DNA of 64,000 nt from the human T2T-CHM13v2.0 reference genome, Homo sapiens: NCBI RefSeq assembly GCF_009914755.1, contig NC_060930.1; one strand, written 5' to 3'. The translations under genes and the position numbers were made by a program. Each line of letters begins with the position of its first letter. Positions within the stretch are counted from its first letter, which is position 1. The notes under the pieces are model-generated. The model was not told where the DNA came from, searched no databases, and saw nothing but the letters and a program-made list of their open reading frames with translations. Positions 39,740 to 51,149 of the stretch are shown in pieces.

Positions 39740-39995
39740 AATTAAATGAAAAGTGGGATTCTGTATTTGAATCTGGAACAGAAAAAAATAACATTAATTT
39801 TAAAAAACCTTGGTAAAATCTAAATAAAGCCTGTAGTTTAGTTAGTGGCATTTGTCAATATTAATTTATTAGCATTAATAATTTTACTGTGGTTATACAA
39901 GATGTTAACATGAGAGAAAGCTGGTGGAAGTGCATACAGGAGCTTTCTGTACTATTTTTTGCAATTTTTAAGTAAATCTAACTTTTTTTTTTAAA
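39740..39995 (+). mobile_element. L1ME/L1MC-type 3' end
   Basis: tggaacagaaaaa…actgtggttatacaagatgttaacat…ctgtactattttttgcaa. Confidence 0.7.
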
Positions 39996-40999
39996 AGTGC
40001 TTAAATCTTATAGAAAAAATATGTAATCATATAGAAATATTCTCAGAATATAAATTTTTATGTGAAGGATGCAGGTTACAGAAAATGTACAGAATGATGT
40101 TGCATTTGTTTAAAAACTAAATAAATGGATGAAAAGGCAAGGAATAAATAGAGCAGTAGGTTCATATTGGTTCTTTCTATGATGAGAATATGAGTGATTT
40201 TAAAAAATGTCTTTGCCTATATTTTCTAAGTTTTCTGCAACAATATTTTTATTTTATAATAAGAAAAGTTTGGAGACCAAAAGTCATTTGTTTTAACATA
40301 TAAGATATACCTTTCTTAAATTCAGTACAATCATTTGGTTTTCATTTTGTTCCAAATAACATTAAATTAGTTTATATGCATAATATTTTCAGCTAAAACT
40401 AAAAATTACTGAGAACAATTTTATCATTTTATTTCAACTCATGTATTTCTATTTGTAGAAGTAAATCAGTACTTCAAATGACAAAACATTAGAAAACATA
40501 TGGATGTCTAAAATATGTATAAGATTCAGTGTTCATTAAGATCAAATAAATACAAATAGATTGAGACTCAAGTAATCATTGAAAATATTGAACATAAATG
40601 TATTTGTCTAGTTAATTTTTCTCTAACGTTGGAAGTCTAAATCAGGCCATTCTTTAGAATAATATGCTTTAAGACAAACACTGATAAACAATATTTTCAT
40701 GTTACATATTTCCCTGGAAGAGAAAATTCAAAAGTGAGTAAAACTTGATCTTAATCCACAAATAATTATACTAATATGGGTTTGTATGCAGGCAAATAGT
40801 TACAAAAGAGGCAAGAAATGAGAGGGCATCATTCATTCTTTCAGTGTTGTGGTGAAGTCAGAAAATTTCATAAAGGAGGTACCAACTGAGTTGTTTTAAA
40901 GTGTAGATCACAATTCTTAAGAAAGACAGAGAATACCATTCTAAGCAGAGAGACGAACACCCAGGAGTTCACAAACAAAATGGGGCATTCTCACTTATG

Positions 41000-41390
41000 A
41001 GTTCTTTAGGCTACAAGTAGCAGAAAGCCTCACTGATAGGAGTTTAAATTATAAGGTTATTTCTTGTTTGAGTACAAGAAATATAATTAGTTATAAAGTT
41101 GGTTCAGCAACTCCACAATGTTAGGGTGTTGGAATAGTATATTTCCTACTACTTTAGTATTTCCTGTATCACTGCAAGATGACAACCACACTCCCAGGCA
41201 TCATATTCAGTTCTTTCTGTGAGCCTTACTTCATCTACCAGAAAGAAAGCATCTTTCACAGAAGCCTTATTAAAGTTCCAGTGAAATTGTCAACAAACAG
41301 ATCTGGATGATATTGTTCTTTTTAGATTCAAAGGATTCTAGGAATAAGATCCAACCTCCTTAATCAGTGATAGTCAGAGAAAGGAAGAAT
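41000..41390 (-). mobile_element. Old MLT1 (J-L type) LTR fragment
   Basis: ggctacaagtagcagaaagcc…ttggttcagcaactcc…gcaagatgac…ccaggcatcat. Confidence 0.5.
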
Positions 41391-41671
41391 ACATTTGTTC
41401 AGACTATATATGAGGTTTGGCCAACAGTGCATTAAGGAGAATTAAATACATCAGTACTGCTGGACAGTAAACAATGGATAGGAGAGTATCAGAGGCTGAT
41501 TCTGGGAAGATCAGCAAGTTTCAGAGTATAAAAGAGAATACTGGGCTTTGCCAGAGTGGTCAGGGACAGCCAATGAGGAATTTAAAACATAAGCATCATA
41601 TTTAAATTTCCAGAGGCACACGATGGTGTTGGTGTAAAGAAAGAAAAGTAGGTCAGAGAAATCAAAGTAGT

Positions 41672-43848
41672 TATAAATAAATAGAGATGTATTTCATGTT
41701 CATGGTTAGGAAGACTTAATATTTTTTAAATGTCCTCCCAACTTATTCTAAAGATTAAATGAAATGCCAGTCACAATCTCAGCATGTTACTTGGATACTG
41801 ATAAAGTGAATCTGAAGTTTATACAGAAGGCAAAAGCCTCAAAATAACCAACACAATATTGAAGAACAAAGTAAAAAAAAAAATTGATGCTGATTCTAAG
41901 CCTTAATATAAAGCTACAGTCTCTAGAGAGTCAGTGTAGTAGTGGTTAAATAATAGATAAACAAGTGAATGAGACAGAATAGAGAGCCCAGAATTATATC
42001 TACACAGGTACAGTCAACTGCATTTTGACAAGCAAAGGCAATCCAATAGAGAATGAATGTTTTCAGCAAGTGGTCCTGGAGAGACATCCACATGCCACAA
42101 AAATGAATCTAGACACTAACTTTATGCCTTTCATAATAATTACTTTAAAATGAGTTATAGAAGTAAAATATAAAACTATTCAATTCTTAGAAGATAACAT
42201 AGTTTTGGCAATGTTGAATTTGTAATGAATTTTTAGATACAACACCAAAGTCTGATTCATCAAATAAAATTGGTAAATTATACTTTATTAAAATTAAAAG
42301 GTCCTATTCTGTGAAAGACATTGTTAAGAGAATTAAAAGTCTAGCCACAAACTGGGAGAAATTATTTGCAAAACACATATCTGATAAAGGGGTTGCTTGT
42401 TTGCAAAATATGCAAAGAACTCTTAAAACCCAACAATAAGAAAAAGCCAATTAAAAAGTAAGCCAAAGGTCTTAAAAGACACCTCACTGTCAGGCCTCTG
42501 AGCCCAAGCTAATCCATCATATCTCCTGTGATCTGCACCTATACATCCAGATGGCCTAAAGTAATGGAAGAATCACAAAAGAAGTGATAATGGCCTGTTC
42601 CTGCCTTAACTGATGACATTACCTTGTGAAATTCCTTCTCCTGGCTCATCCTGGCTCAAAAGCTCCCCCACTGAGCACCTTGTGACCCCCACCCCTGCCA
42701 GTCAGAGAACAACCCCCTTTGACTGTAATTTTCCACTACCTACCCAAATCCTATAAAATGGCCCCAACCCCTATCTCCCTTCGCTGACTCTCTTTTTGGA
42801 CGCAGCCTGCCTGCACCCAGGTGATTAAAAAGCTTTATTGCTCACACAAAGCCTGTTTGGTGGTGTCTTCACACGGACACACGTGAAACTCACCAAATAA
42901 CATTTGCAAATGGCCAGAGGATATGACAAGATGTTCAACATCATATGTCATTAGGGAACTGTAGATTGAAAGAGCAACGAGATACCAATGAGAATGGCTA
43001 GTATCCAAAGTGCTGACAACACCAGATGCTGGTGAGCATGTGGAATAACAGAAACTTTCATTCAATTTTGCTTGGAATGCAAAATAGAACAGTCACTTTG
43101 GAAGACAGCTGGGGCATTTCTTATAAAAGTAAATGTATTCTTACTACACAATTCAATAATCATGCTTCTAGATATTTACTCATCTGAATTAAAAACTATT
43201 TGACAAAAAATCCACATATAAATGTTTACAGAAGTTTTCTTCATAATTGACAAAACTTGGAAGAAATCAAAATGTATGTACCAAAAGCAAACTGTAGTAC
43301 ATATGTAGACTAGAATATTATTCACTGATAAAAATATTGAGTTGTTAATCCATAATAATAGAGAAATTTTAAGTGCATATTGTTAAGTGAAATAAGCCAA
43401 TCTGAAAGGCTACGTACCATATGAATCCAACTATATGACATTCTGGAAGTCAAAATTGTGGAGATAGTACAAAAATCAGTGGTTGTCAGAATCTGGGGAT
43501 ATGGGAAGAGAGATAGATGAAGAGATGAACCTCAAAGGATTTTTAGGTCAGTGAAACTATTCTTTATAACACTGTCATAATGGATATATGACATTATACC
43601 TTTGTCAAAGCCCTAAAACAGTTTGACACAAGAATGATCCGTAAATTATGAACTTTAGTTAATAATAATCAATATCAATATTGGTTCATCAATATCAATA
43701 TTGGTTCATCAGTTGCATCAAATGTATCATGTTAATGTGAGATGTTACTAATAGAGGAAACTGAGGAGCAGACAGAAGTATTTGGGAACTCTCTGTACTC
43801 TGCTTAAGTTTTCAGTGAAGCTAAAATTCGAAAAATAGTGTGTATTGA
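41672..43848 (+). mobile_element. L1MC2/L1MD-type ORF2 end plus 3'UTR, interrupted by LTR7
   Basis: catgttcatggttaggaagacttaatatt…aatagagagcccagaa…gggaactctctgtactc. Confidence 0.8.
42488..42888 (+). mobile_element. HERV-H solo LTR (LTR7 family)
   Basis: tgtcaggcctctgagcccaagcta…cctataaaa (TATA)…attaaa…cacacggacacacgtgaaa; 5-bp TSD ctcac. Confidence 0.95.
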
Positions 43849-44999
43849 TTGAGAAAATAAAATTTTGGCAAGTTTGAAAGCCACGGGAGCTCTTGAGATT
43901 AGTAATGCAAATAACAAAAAATAAAGTTCAAACAAGGACAAAGGTAATAAAATTAGGGAAAGGGGAATGATTTGGGTGATGTTAAAGGTCTAGCATCAAT
44001 GTCACTTAGGGTTCAATGGTATCATGGAGATAGGAGGCAATGAGGGAAAAAGTAGAACCTGGAATAACTTTTATAATCCTGACTTGCATGCCTGGATGAC
44101 CGTGATCATGGTAGGGAAGAGAAGATTATGACAGGGAACAAATGAAGCTTTCATCTTTGAACTTGTTGAGATTTACATGATAGTGGCAAATAATAAAGAA
44201 GACAGCCTGCAAAAATAACATGACTTAAAAACAAAAAGATGCTCTCTCTTGCCAGAGATTTGAGGGATTCTGTATGTTTGAAATAGGCTTTCCCTCTTTA
44301 CTAACCTTCTATGCTATGTAAGCCAGTTTTAGAATGGAATGAGAAGAGAAAATTTTAAAATCTGCTTACTCATGCTAATGAGAGCAAAAGTAAAGGGGAT
44401 TGATATTTTAATGACTAAAAATAGTCAGTCATTGTGAAAGAGCAAGTACTAAGTATTATTTCCAAATTATTAGGTAATCTGATTTTGCAAAACACCAGTA
44501 GTGGAGGGGGACAAACTTAGATATGAAAGCACTACAAATCTCAGCATGAGATGCTTCAATTGTGTCTCTGAAAATATTTTGATTTTTTTAGTGTAGGTGC
44601 CACTGCATATTATTGCCTCTAACTAAATACTTACAACACTCTTTAAAAATTTAGCTGGTAGTTTAGATAGCACATCATAACAAGTGTAGCAAAGCAGGAG
44701 AATATTAAATTGATATGCAAATTGATTCATGAATATGAATAGTATCTGAGGTTACAGATACTGTCATAACATCATAAAGCTAAAAATAGGATTTTATTAT
44801 AAAGATTCAAGGTCTGTAGATAAAAGTAAAAGTGGCAAACTATTCATAGAATTCTAGTTTCATGAAAGACAGACGGTATTCTTCTATTCAATTTTTTTAG
44901 TGAAAAAATGACTATTCTAAGTACTGATTAAGTTGTAACAGGTAGAATATAAAAACTTACTTGGCTAAATAAATGGTAATAATTTTTAATATTTTAATA

Positions 45000-45190
45000 A
45001 CAATATATGTTTTTCACAAGTACCACCATATAAATGTGTCATGGGCTACTTGATTCTTGCAGAGTGAGTAGGGCAGGTACTAATATCTCTATTTATAAAG
45101 GAGTAAACTGTGGCTCAGGAAGCTTAAGAAAGTTGGTACAATCAGAACCTATACCGGGTTCCAAGTCTACACAGAACACTTTATGTCATA
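45000..45190 (-). mobile_element. MIR
   Basis: ctctatttataaaggagtaaactgtggctcaggaagcttaag. Confidence 0.6.
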
Positions 45191-46079
45191 TGAGTCTCTT
45201 AGGGTCTTCTAAAGATTCAGTTTGTGTTTGTCATTTTTGTTTGTGTTATTTATTTTTGTTCTACTCTACTCTGCAAGTCTCATGGATCATAAGAAAGATC
45301 CCTTTGAATCCCCAAAGTTGCTTATCCTGAAGGTAGTATATAGGCATCCGTGAAGCATTGAAGAGAGTTACCCTAAGGAGAAGTGAGTAGATACTCCATA
45401 ATCTGGAAAAGTAAGATGCAGTGGTACAGTTGTATGAAGAATATGTAAAGAGAAAGCTATAATAGTTTACAGTAAGTGCTGTGAGAGAAAGTGCTAGTTA
45501 TGGGTCAGCATTCTATAGCTGTTTTACATAAACAGGATCACACACATAAGTAAACATCTTTGTAATAAAATGACTAGTGGCATTAACAAACGACTTCCCT
45601 AGACCTTCACAAAAACAGAATTTATAACCAATGAAGGAGCAAAGAACCATACCATTACCTGATCCATCTGAGAAACTTTCATTTATGATTATGTGTGATT
45701 CAAATTTAAATATATATGAATGGTTCTACAAATGTCATCCAGCTAATCTCACCATTAACCCCATTGTGGTTTAATTTAGATAAGCTCCTATTGTTCTGTA
45801 ATTTTGCCTTTTCTCATTTCATTCTATGTATTTCCCCTGGGTAGTTCCATACATTATCTTTATTGGAAATCTTACCTATATGCTGAAAATCATAAATCTC
45901 TTCTCTAAAATTGAGACAGAAAACACTGCTGCCCTTAGGATCTATTACATCACTCTACACACAAAACAGATTATCCAGCTTTCCTTTGTGTCCTTCTACC
46001 ATTTCCAATTGGTCATTATTTTCAACACATTTTTCATAACAGTAACAGGGTAGTACATTTCTTAAAGGAAAAGTGTTGA

Positions 46080-46560
46080 GGCCCTGCACTACTCAAAACC
46101 AGTTTCCATTTCCCAAAGCCTACAGGAAAAAGAAATCTAAATTCTTACAGGACAGTCAAGGTTTTTCATCATTTGGCTTTGCCCTCCGTCTGTTTCCAGC
46201 CACTAAACTAGACCCTTAGTCCGTCTTCTGCCACTGTTCTGAACTTCCTGCAATTCAGGAGTAAATAAGCTTTTTATTTTCTGTCTCCTGGCAGGGTTTG
46301 TCTTCCCCACTTCACAGTTTTCTGCCTCTAATAGAAATGCCCTTTTATCCCTTGCTCACCAAGAAAATTTCTATTCTTGAGTCTCAGTGCAAATGTCACT
46401 TTCAATGGAAAGCCTTTTTTTCTCCTTTTTTTCTGCTGTAACTGTTCTTTGTATCTATTATATCATGTTTCAAATAATATTATTTTTATTTGTTATGTGT
46501 GCAAACGTACCTGGTTTCATCTACATGGTCTCACTGAAAATAATAACTAAAATAGAGCTG
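46080..46560 (+). mobile_element. L2 3' fragment
   Basis: aaaaatctaaattctta…gtctcagtgcaaatgtcactttcaatggaaagcctt. Confidence 0.55.
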
Positions 46561-46932
46561 CACTCCTTAAGTTCACAGTGTATTGATGCAGCTGCTTTAA
46601 TTAGAAGACGTTTTAAATCGAAATGAAATACAAATTATTGAATATCCAACTTTTGCCAACATTGGCAAAATATCCACAAAATGGCAGTAGAATGCCACTC
46701 TAGCATCTCTTCTCATCCTGGTGTCTATAGGGAAAATGGTCAGATGCATAAAAATGGCTAAGTTAAACCACTTATGTCAAAATGGCATGCTGGAAAAAAA
46801 AACTGCATGACTAAGGTATTGAGAATATTTTTAGATAAGAAAGGTCAGACACATTAGATCCTACATAACTATACCTATGTAACTATGAAGATAAATGTAT
46901 ATGCAATATATATATATATATCAAATATATAC

Positions 46933-47190
46933 AGCCACCATCTCTGAAGTCAAGTCGCCTCTCCCTGACATCCAGCCACTTCTCTCTTCTGCCAACTGAA
47001 TCTGAGGTCTTTATAGGCATAGGATGGGTGGCATGGTGGGCCATAGGTAGTTCTGGAAAAGGCAACATTCAATTGTTAAAAAGACATCATTCAGAAAGAA
47101 CCAGTCGGGATAGAGTGGGCATGCAGACAGAAGTTCTCACTTTGGGCCGTGTGTTTCAGGCTTTTCAGCTTGAAGGTGGGGTATTGCCAA
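46933..47190 (-). mobile_element. MER50-type ERV1 LTR internal fragment
   Basis: ctctgaagtcaagtcgcctctc…tttataggcataggatgg…ggaaaaggcaacattc…aagttctcactttgggccg. Confidence 0.7.
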
Positions 47191-47204
47191 TCCATTAATC
47201 CTAT

Positions 47205-47415
47205 AGACCAATGTTTCTAAAATTTTTAAAAAATTATTAGTCTCCTGAGCAGGCTTGTTAGACATTTTATCTTAATTCCTCCCAGGAAATTTTAATACTA
47301 CAGCTGTACTGTATATCTATTTATACAATTTATGTATATCTGTGCTTTACACATAAGAATAACGTATTCTTACTTCCCTGAGGAAATGGTATTGCCTGCA
47401 TTGAGAAAGCATGTA
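47205..47415. mobile_element. hAT MITE (MER96B-like)
   Basis: gaaattttaatactacag…tactgtatatctatttat…gtatatctgtgcttta…ttgagaaagcatg. Confidence 0.5.
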
Positions 47416-48839
47416 GTAGAAAAGGGTCGGAAAGAATATTCAGTTTATAATTTTGCCTAACCATAGACACGATGTGAATTTTTCCACTCATTTCCTTTAG
47501 CATAATATGACAAACTGAAATTTTGTGAAATGTGACTAAGATTGGTGTACTTCAGAGTAACCATCAGTTACCAGAGTCCTCTCATGTTCCCTGCTAGCTC
47601 TAGCAAAGTTTCCCTTTAGAATATTTCTGTGCTGCACTTCTAAGCAAGCTGGAACTTCTCAGGAAGATATGGGCCAAGCTGGTAATCAGCTTTTCTGCTA
47701 AACTTGAAAGGAGGGTCTGCTTTCTCAACATGTATATTCTAGGGGCATTAGAATATTAATGGTGCTCCTTCAGTTAATGGTGCCTAGATATTTATGTGTC
47801 TTTTGGTAGAAAGTTGGGGGCAATATAGGATGAACATCCATAAAAAAAGCAATAAAGAAAAGACATCTATACAAAAGTTTTAGAGTATGTACACAGACAC
47901 AGGAGGACTGGATAGTCCCTTAAATGCTAAACTCTTGAAGGTGTTCCCACAGTTATAGGAGTCTAAATCCATTCTCCTTACTGGCACACAAACAAAAACA
48001 AACAATTTCACATCAGTTGTGTGATACAATGAGCCTGTAATTCACTCAATAACACATATTTATTGTGTAATGCTTTAGAGATTGAAAGCCTACTGTATCA
48101 CACAAGATATGATTTTGTAAATGTTGAAAACAATAAGACTAAGGGTTTTCAAGTTCAAGGCAGGTTCAAAACATTTCTCCATCCAGGGAATTTCTTTTTG
48201 ATCACAAACAGAGATTTGATACCTCATCGCCAGAATCTCAGTTTATTTTATTTTATCCTATGTAGACTATAGTGAAATTTATCCTAGGTAGATTTGAATG
48301 CTAATGGTGATTTTCTTATTAACTTACACACTAGTCACAGAACTCTCACAGGCAATTTTCCCTCCAGATCATGCTGTGTATGCATAACTGTAGGCAAGTC
48401 ACATAACCTGGAGAAATTTATTTTTTTGTGCTTGTGAACTGGAGACCATCTTGCCTGCTGTATAAAAACTGTTCCATACCTTTTAGTTCAAATAGCTCTT
48501 CAAACGTTTCCTATTTTTGTGGGTCACCTAGGCAACTTTAGCAATTTTGTGGCAATGGTAATGGAGCATAAGAATAAAAATAACCAACTATTTGAAATGC
48601 TAATGCTACTAATACCTTCTAGCTGGGGAGAGGACAGGAAGGGCAAAATCTAAAATAGGATAGTTAGGACATCTGCAGTTCAGATCTGTGATTACACAAA
48701 AAACACTTTGGTCTTATGTTTTTCATGTGAGACATAACGTTTACTGAATCAGAATTATATCCCAAGAATGATACTGAGAGAAAGGACTCTTAAAACTAAG
48801 TTTCAAACCTCTTAAAGAGAATACCTTTATTACTTGAGA

Positions 48840-49800
48840 AAAAAGAATACCATGGCTGGCCCGCAAGTGTGGTAGGAAATTCCCCTTCATAGTCAGTAGC
48901 CTTTTGCAGTCAAAGTATACTTCATCACAAGGAAGAATCCTTGGAGAACATTACTCCCCATATTTCTAATGGATGGAGTCATCAACAGTGACATATTTTC
49001 AGGATGCTACTCAATCTTGGGTGGAAGCTACAACATGTGAGTGAGAAGTTGCTGAAACGGCAATTGTCAGAGTAACCTTTCTAGTGAGCACAAAGCCTGG
49101 AAGTGATTCTTTAAATACTTTAACTGATGTCTGAAGAAGAAGAATAAGTTTATGTATTGAAGTTGAATATCTTGCCAGAGCATACCTGGGCACAGGATCA
49201 CTGGATTCTAAAAAAAATGTGATCAAATACCAGTTGGCTGTCAGGCTGGGGCTATTTTAAGTGGACATGCCATTCAAAAATTAACCAAGAATGTTTTTCC
49301 CAACGTAAAAAGAAGGTGATCATGACCTGGCAGGGCGTTGGTGTGATGCCTGCCATAGTTGTAGCAGCTAATCTAGATGAGTACAGATCACAGTTGATGA
49401 AAGCAATAGCAACAACTTTACAGGCCTTTGGGCAATGTCATAGTAGTGCTATTCTTTGAAAACTTAAGAGCCTACTACTAAAGAGATGGAACCTTCATAT
49501 CAAATATAGGGCTCACAGCATATGTACTTATATGGTGTGATTTTGAAAGTCTAGCTTGTAAGCAGATAGATTGTGATAGGAAGCAGTCTTTCAACTCTAA
49601 GCCTTAGAGCTTGGAAAACTAGGAAATCCATGGAAAAGAGCAGAAAGCCAATGAATGAGCTTTTCCCAGGACACACCAGAATAAGCTGTCCTGTACATAC
49701 ATAAATACAAAACTGTCCTGTCCCTTTCCATTCCCCAAATGAAGGTGGATACAAAAATAGAAGAGACATAGATAATGGGTTACTGCAGATCACAGTGATC
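48840..49800 (+). pseudogene. Candidate endogenous mononegaviral (bornavirus-like) nucleoprotein element, decayed
   Basis: Non-repeat, more GC-rich than flanks; conceptual translation across frameshifts aligns colinearly by eye with BoDV-1 N motifs (see findings). Confidence 0.5.
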
Positions 49801-50047
49801 AAAACATTTTCTTAAAAGTATCAGAGCCACTTTCTATTGCAGATTGTACATGCAACAGGTCTATGAGTTTTTAGCCTAGAACATGTTCTTATCTAAATTG
49901 CATGGTTATTAGAATGAAATTTCCTTAAAGGCTTAAGTTGACAAATGATGCTGTAGAAATTTTTGAATTATATTTTATAAATCTTGGATGCATGGAAGAA
50001 CATTTGGACCTAAAATAAAATATTTTTGGCTTTTAAAAAATTAGTCA

Positions 50048-50244
50048 GGCTGGGTGCGATGGCTCACCACTGTAATCGCAGCACTTGGGGAGGCTGAGGC
50101 GGGCAGATCATTTGTTGTCAGGAGTTCGACACGAGCCTGACCAACATGGTGAAACCCCATCTCTACTAAAAATAAAAAATTAAATTAAATTAACCAGGTG
50201 TGGTGGTGTGCACCTGTAATATTAGCTGTTCAGGAGGCTGAGGC
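50048..50244 (+). mobile_element. AluS, 3'-truncated
   Basis: Left monomer plus start of right monomer; stops at gaggctgaggc. Confidence 0.9.
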
Positions 50245-50342
50245 TAATATTATTAATAATTAACTATTATTAACTAGTACTATTAATAACCATTATTAAC
50301 TATTAATTAATATAATATTAATTAATTATTAACTATTAATTT
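50245..50342. repeat. AT-rich low-complexity filler (taactatta-like units)
   Basis: Direct reading. Confidence 0.85.
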
Positions 50343-51149
50343 CCGTGTGTTTTCTTCTTACAAATTTTTCCTTTGTGTTTTTATTTTCAAATAATTGTGA
50401 TCTCACTGGAATTACATGTTTTTATCATTTGTTAATAAAAATTCATTGACCCTGGAATGAAGGTGATATGAAAAGAATCTTGAAGACAAATGTTTCCCAC
50501 AGTTGGTCTTCTTCAGGTTAAAAAAAAAGAAAAAGATGTAGCTTTTTTGATAAAATCTAAAAGATGCAGAAAGCAATTCTTATTTTCCCTGGTGATAAAA
50601 ATGCTCAATTTGTTGCCTTATGTAGCTCTGCTTTCATGATGAATACAGGAAAAAAGCTAGGAAAGAAAGAGGAAATAGGAGAAGAAATGTCTGATAATTC
50701 TCTCAACATAGTAATTTAGATGTATCAGTTGTTTAGCTATTACTATTTAGTAAGTGCTGGGTTAGACAAGTACTGGTTACTTTTGTGAAAGCTTATGTGT
50801 ACATCAATTGCAGCTTGAAAAAGATCTAAAGGATGTGACTTGAAAAAATATATTTCCAGGATCTCAAAAGAGTAACATTTCAAAGAAGCAGTTAATTTGA
50901 TCTCCCAAATTTACCTGAAAACACATAAATAACTCGATTTCTCATTTGAGTAAAGGAATACTAGTCCTTTTAAACCAAAGCTTTCCCTTTTGATTTATTT
51001 TTTCTTTAATGAGAGTTTATCATTAAATAATTTTGTAGTGTCTGATAATATATTTGTTTCATTAATATTTATTTTAAAAATATTTTGCTTAATTTCCCCT
51101 TGACTCTATACCCCTGTTAATCTATCATTTATGTATTTATTCTCATTTA

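Larger units (their letters stand above)
40780..44230 (-). mobile_element. L2 remnant fragmented by MLT1, L1 and LTR7 insertions
   Basis: Purine-rich antisense L2 motifs at 40840-40980, 41400-41670 and 43870-44230. Confidence 0.5.

Noticed and set aside
48555-48653. LMLLIP peptide resembling bornavirus N LCLLIP
   Set aside because: About 90 codons too far upstream relative to the other aligned motifs; not used as evidence.
49140-49460. Aldehyde dehydrogenase / P5CS pseudogene interpretation (LCIEV, AFGQCHSSAIL)
   Set aside because: The motif look-alikes are not colinear or correctly spaced for ALDH6A1 or ALDH18A1; the nucleoprotein alignment explains more of the region in order.
48166-49812. 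tcaaaacattt(t)ct pair as TSD of the viral-like element
   Set aside because: It would enclose a MIR-like stretch near 48.4 kb, and no poly(A) precedes the right copy; likely chance in AT-rich DNA.
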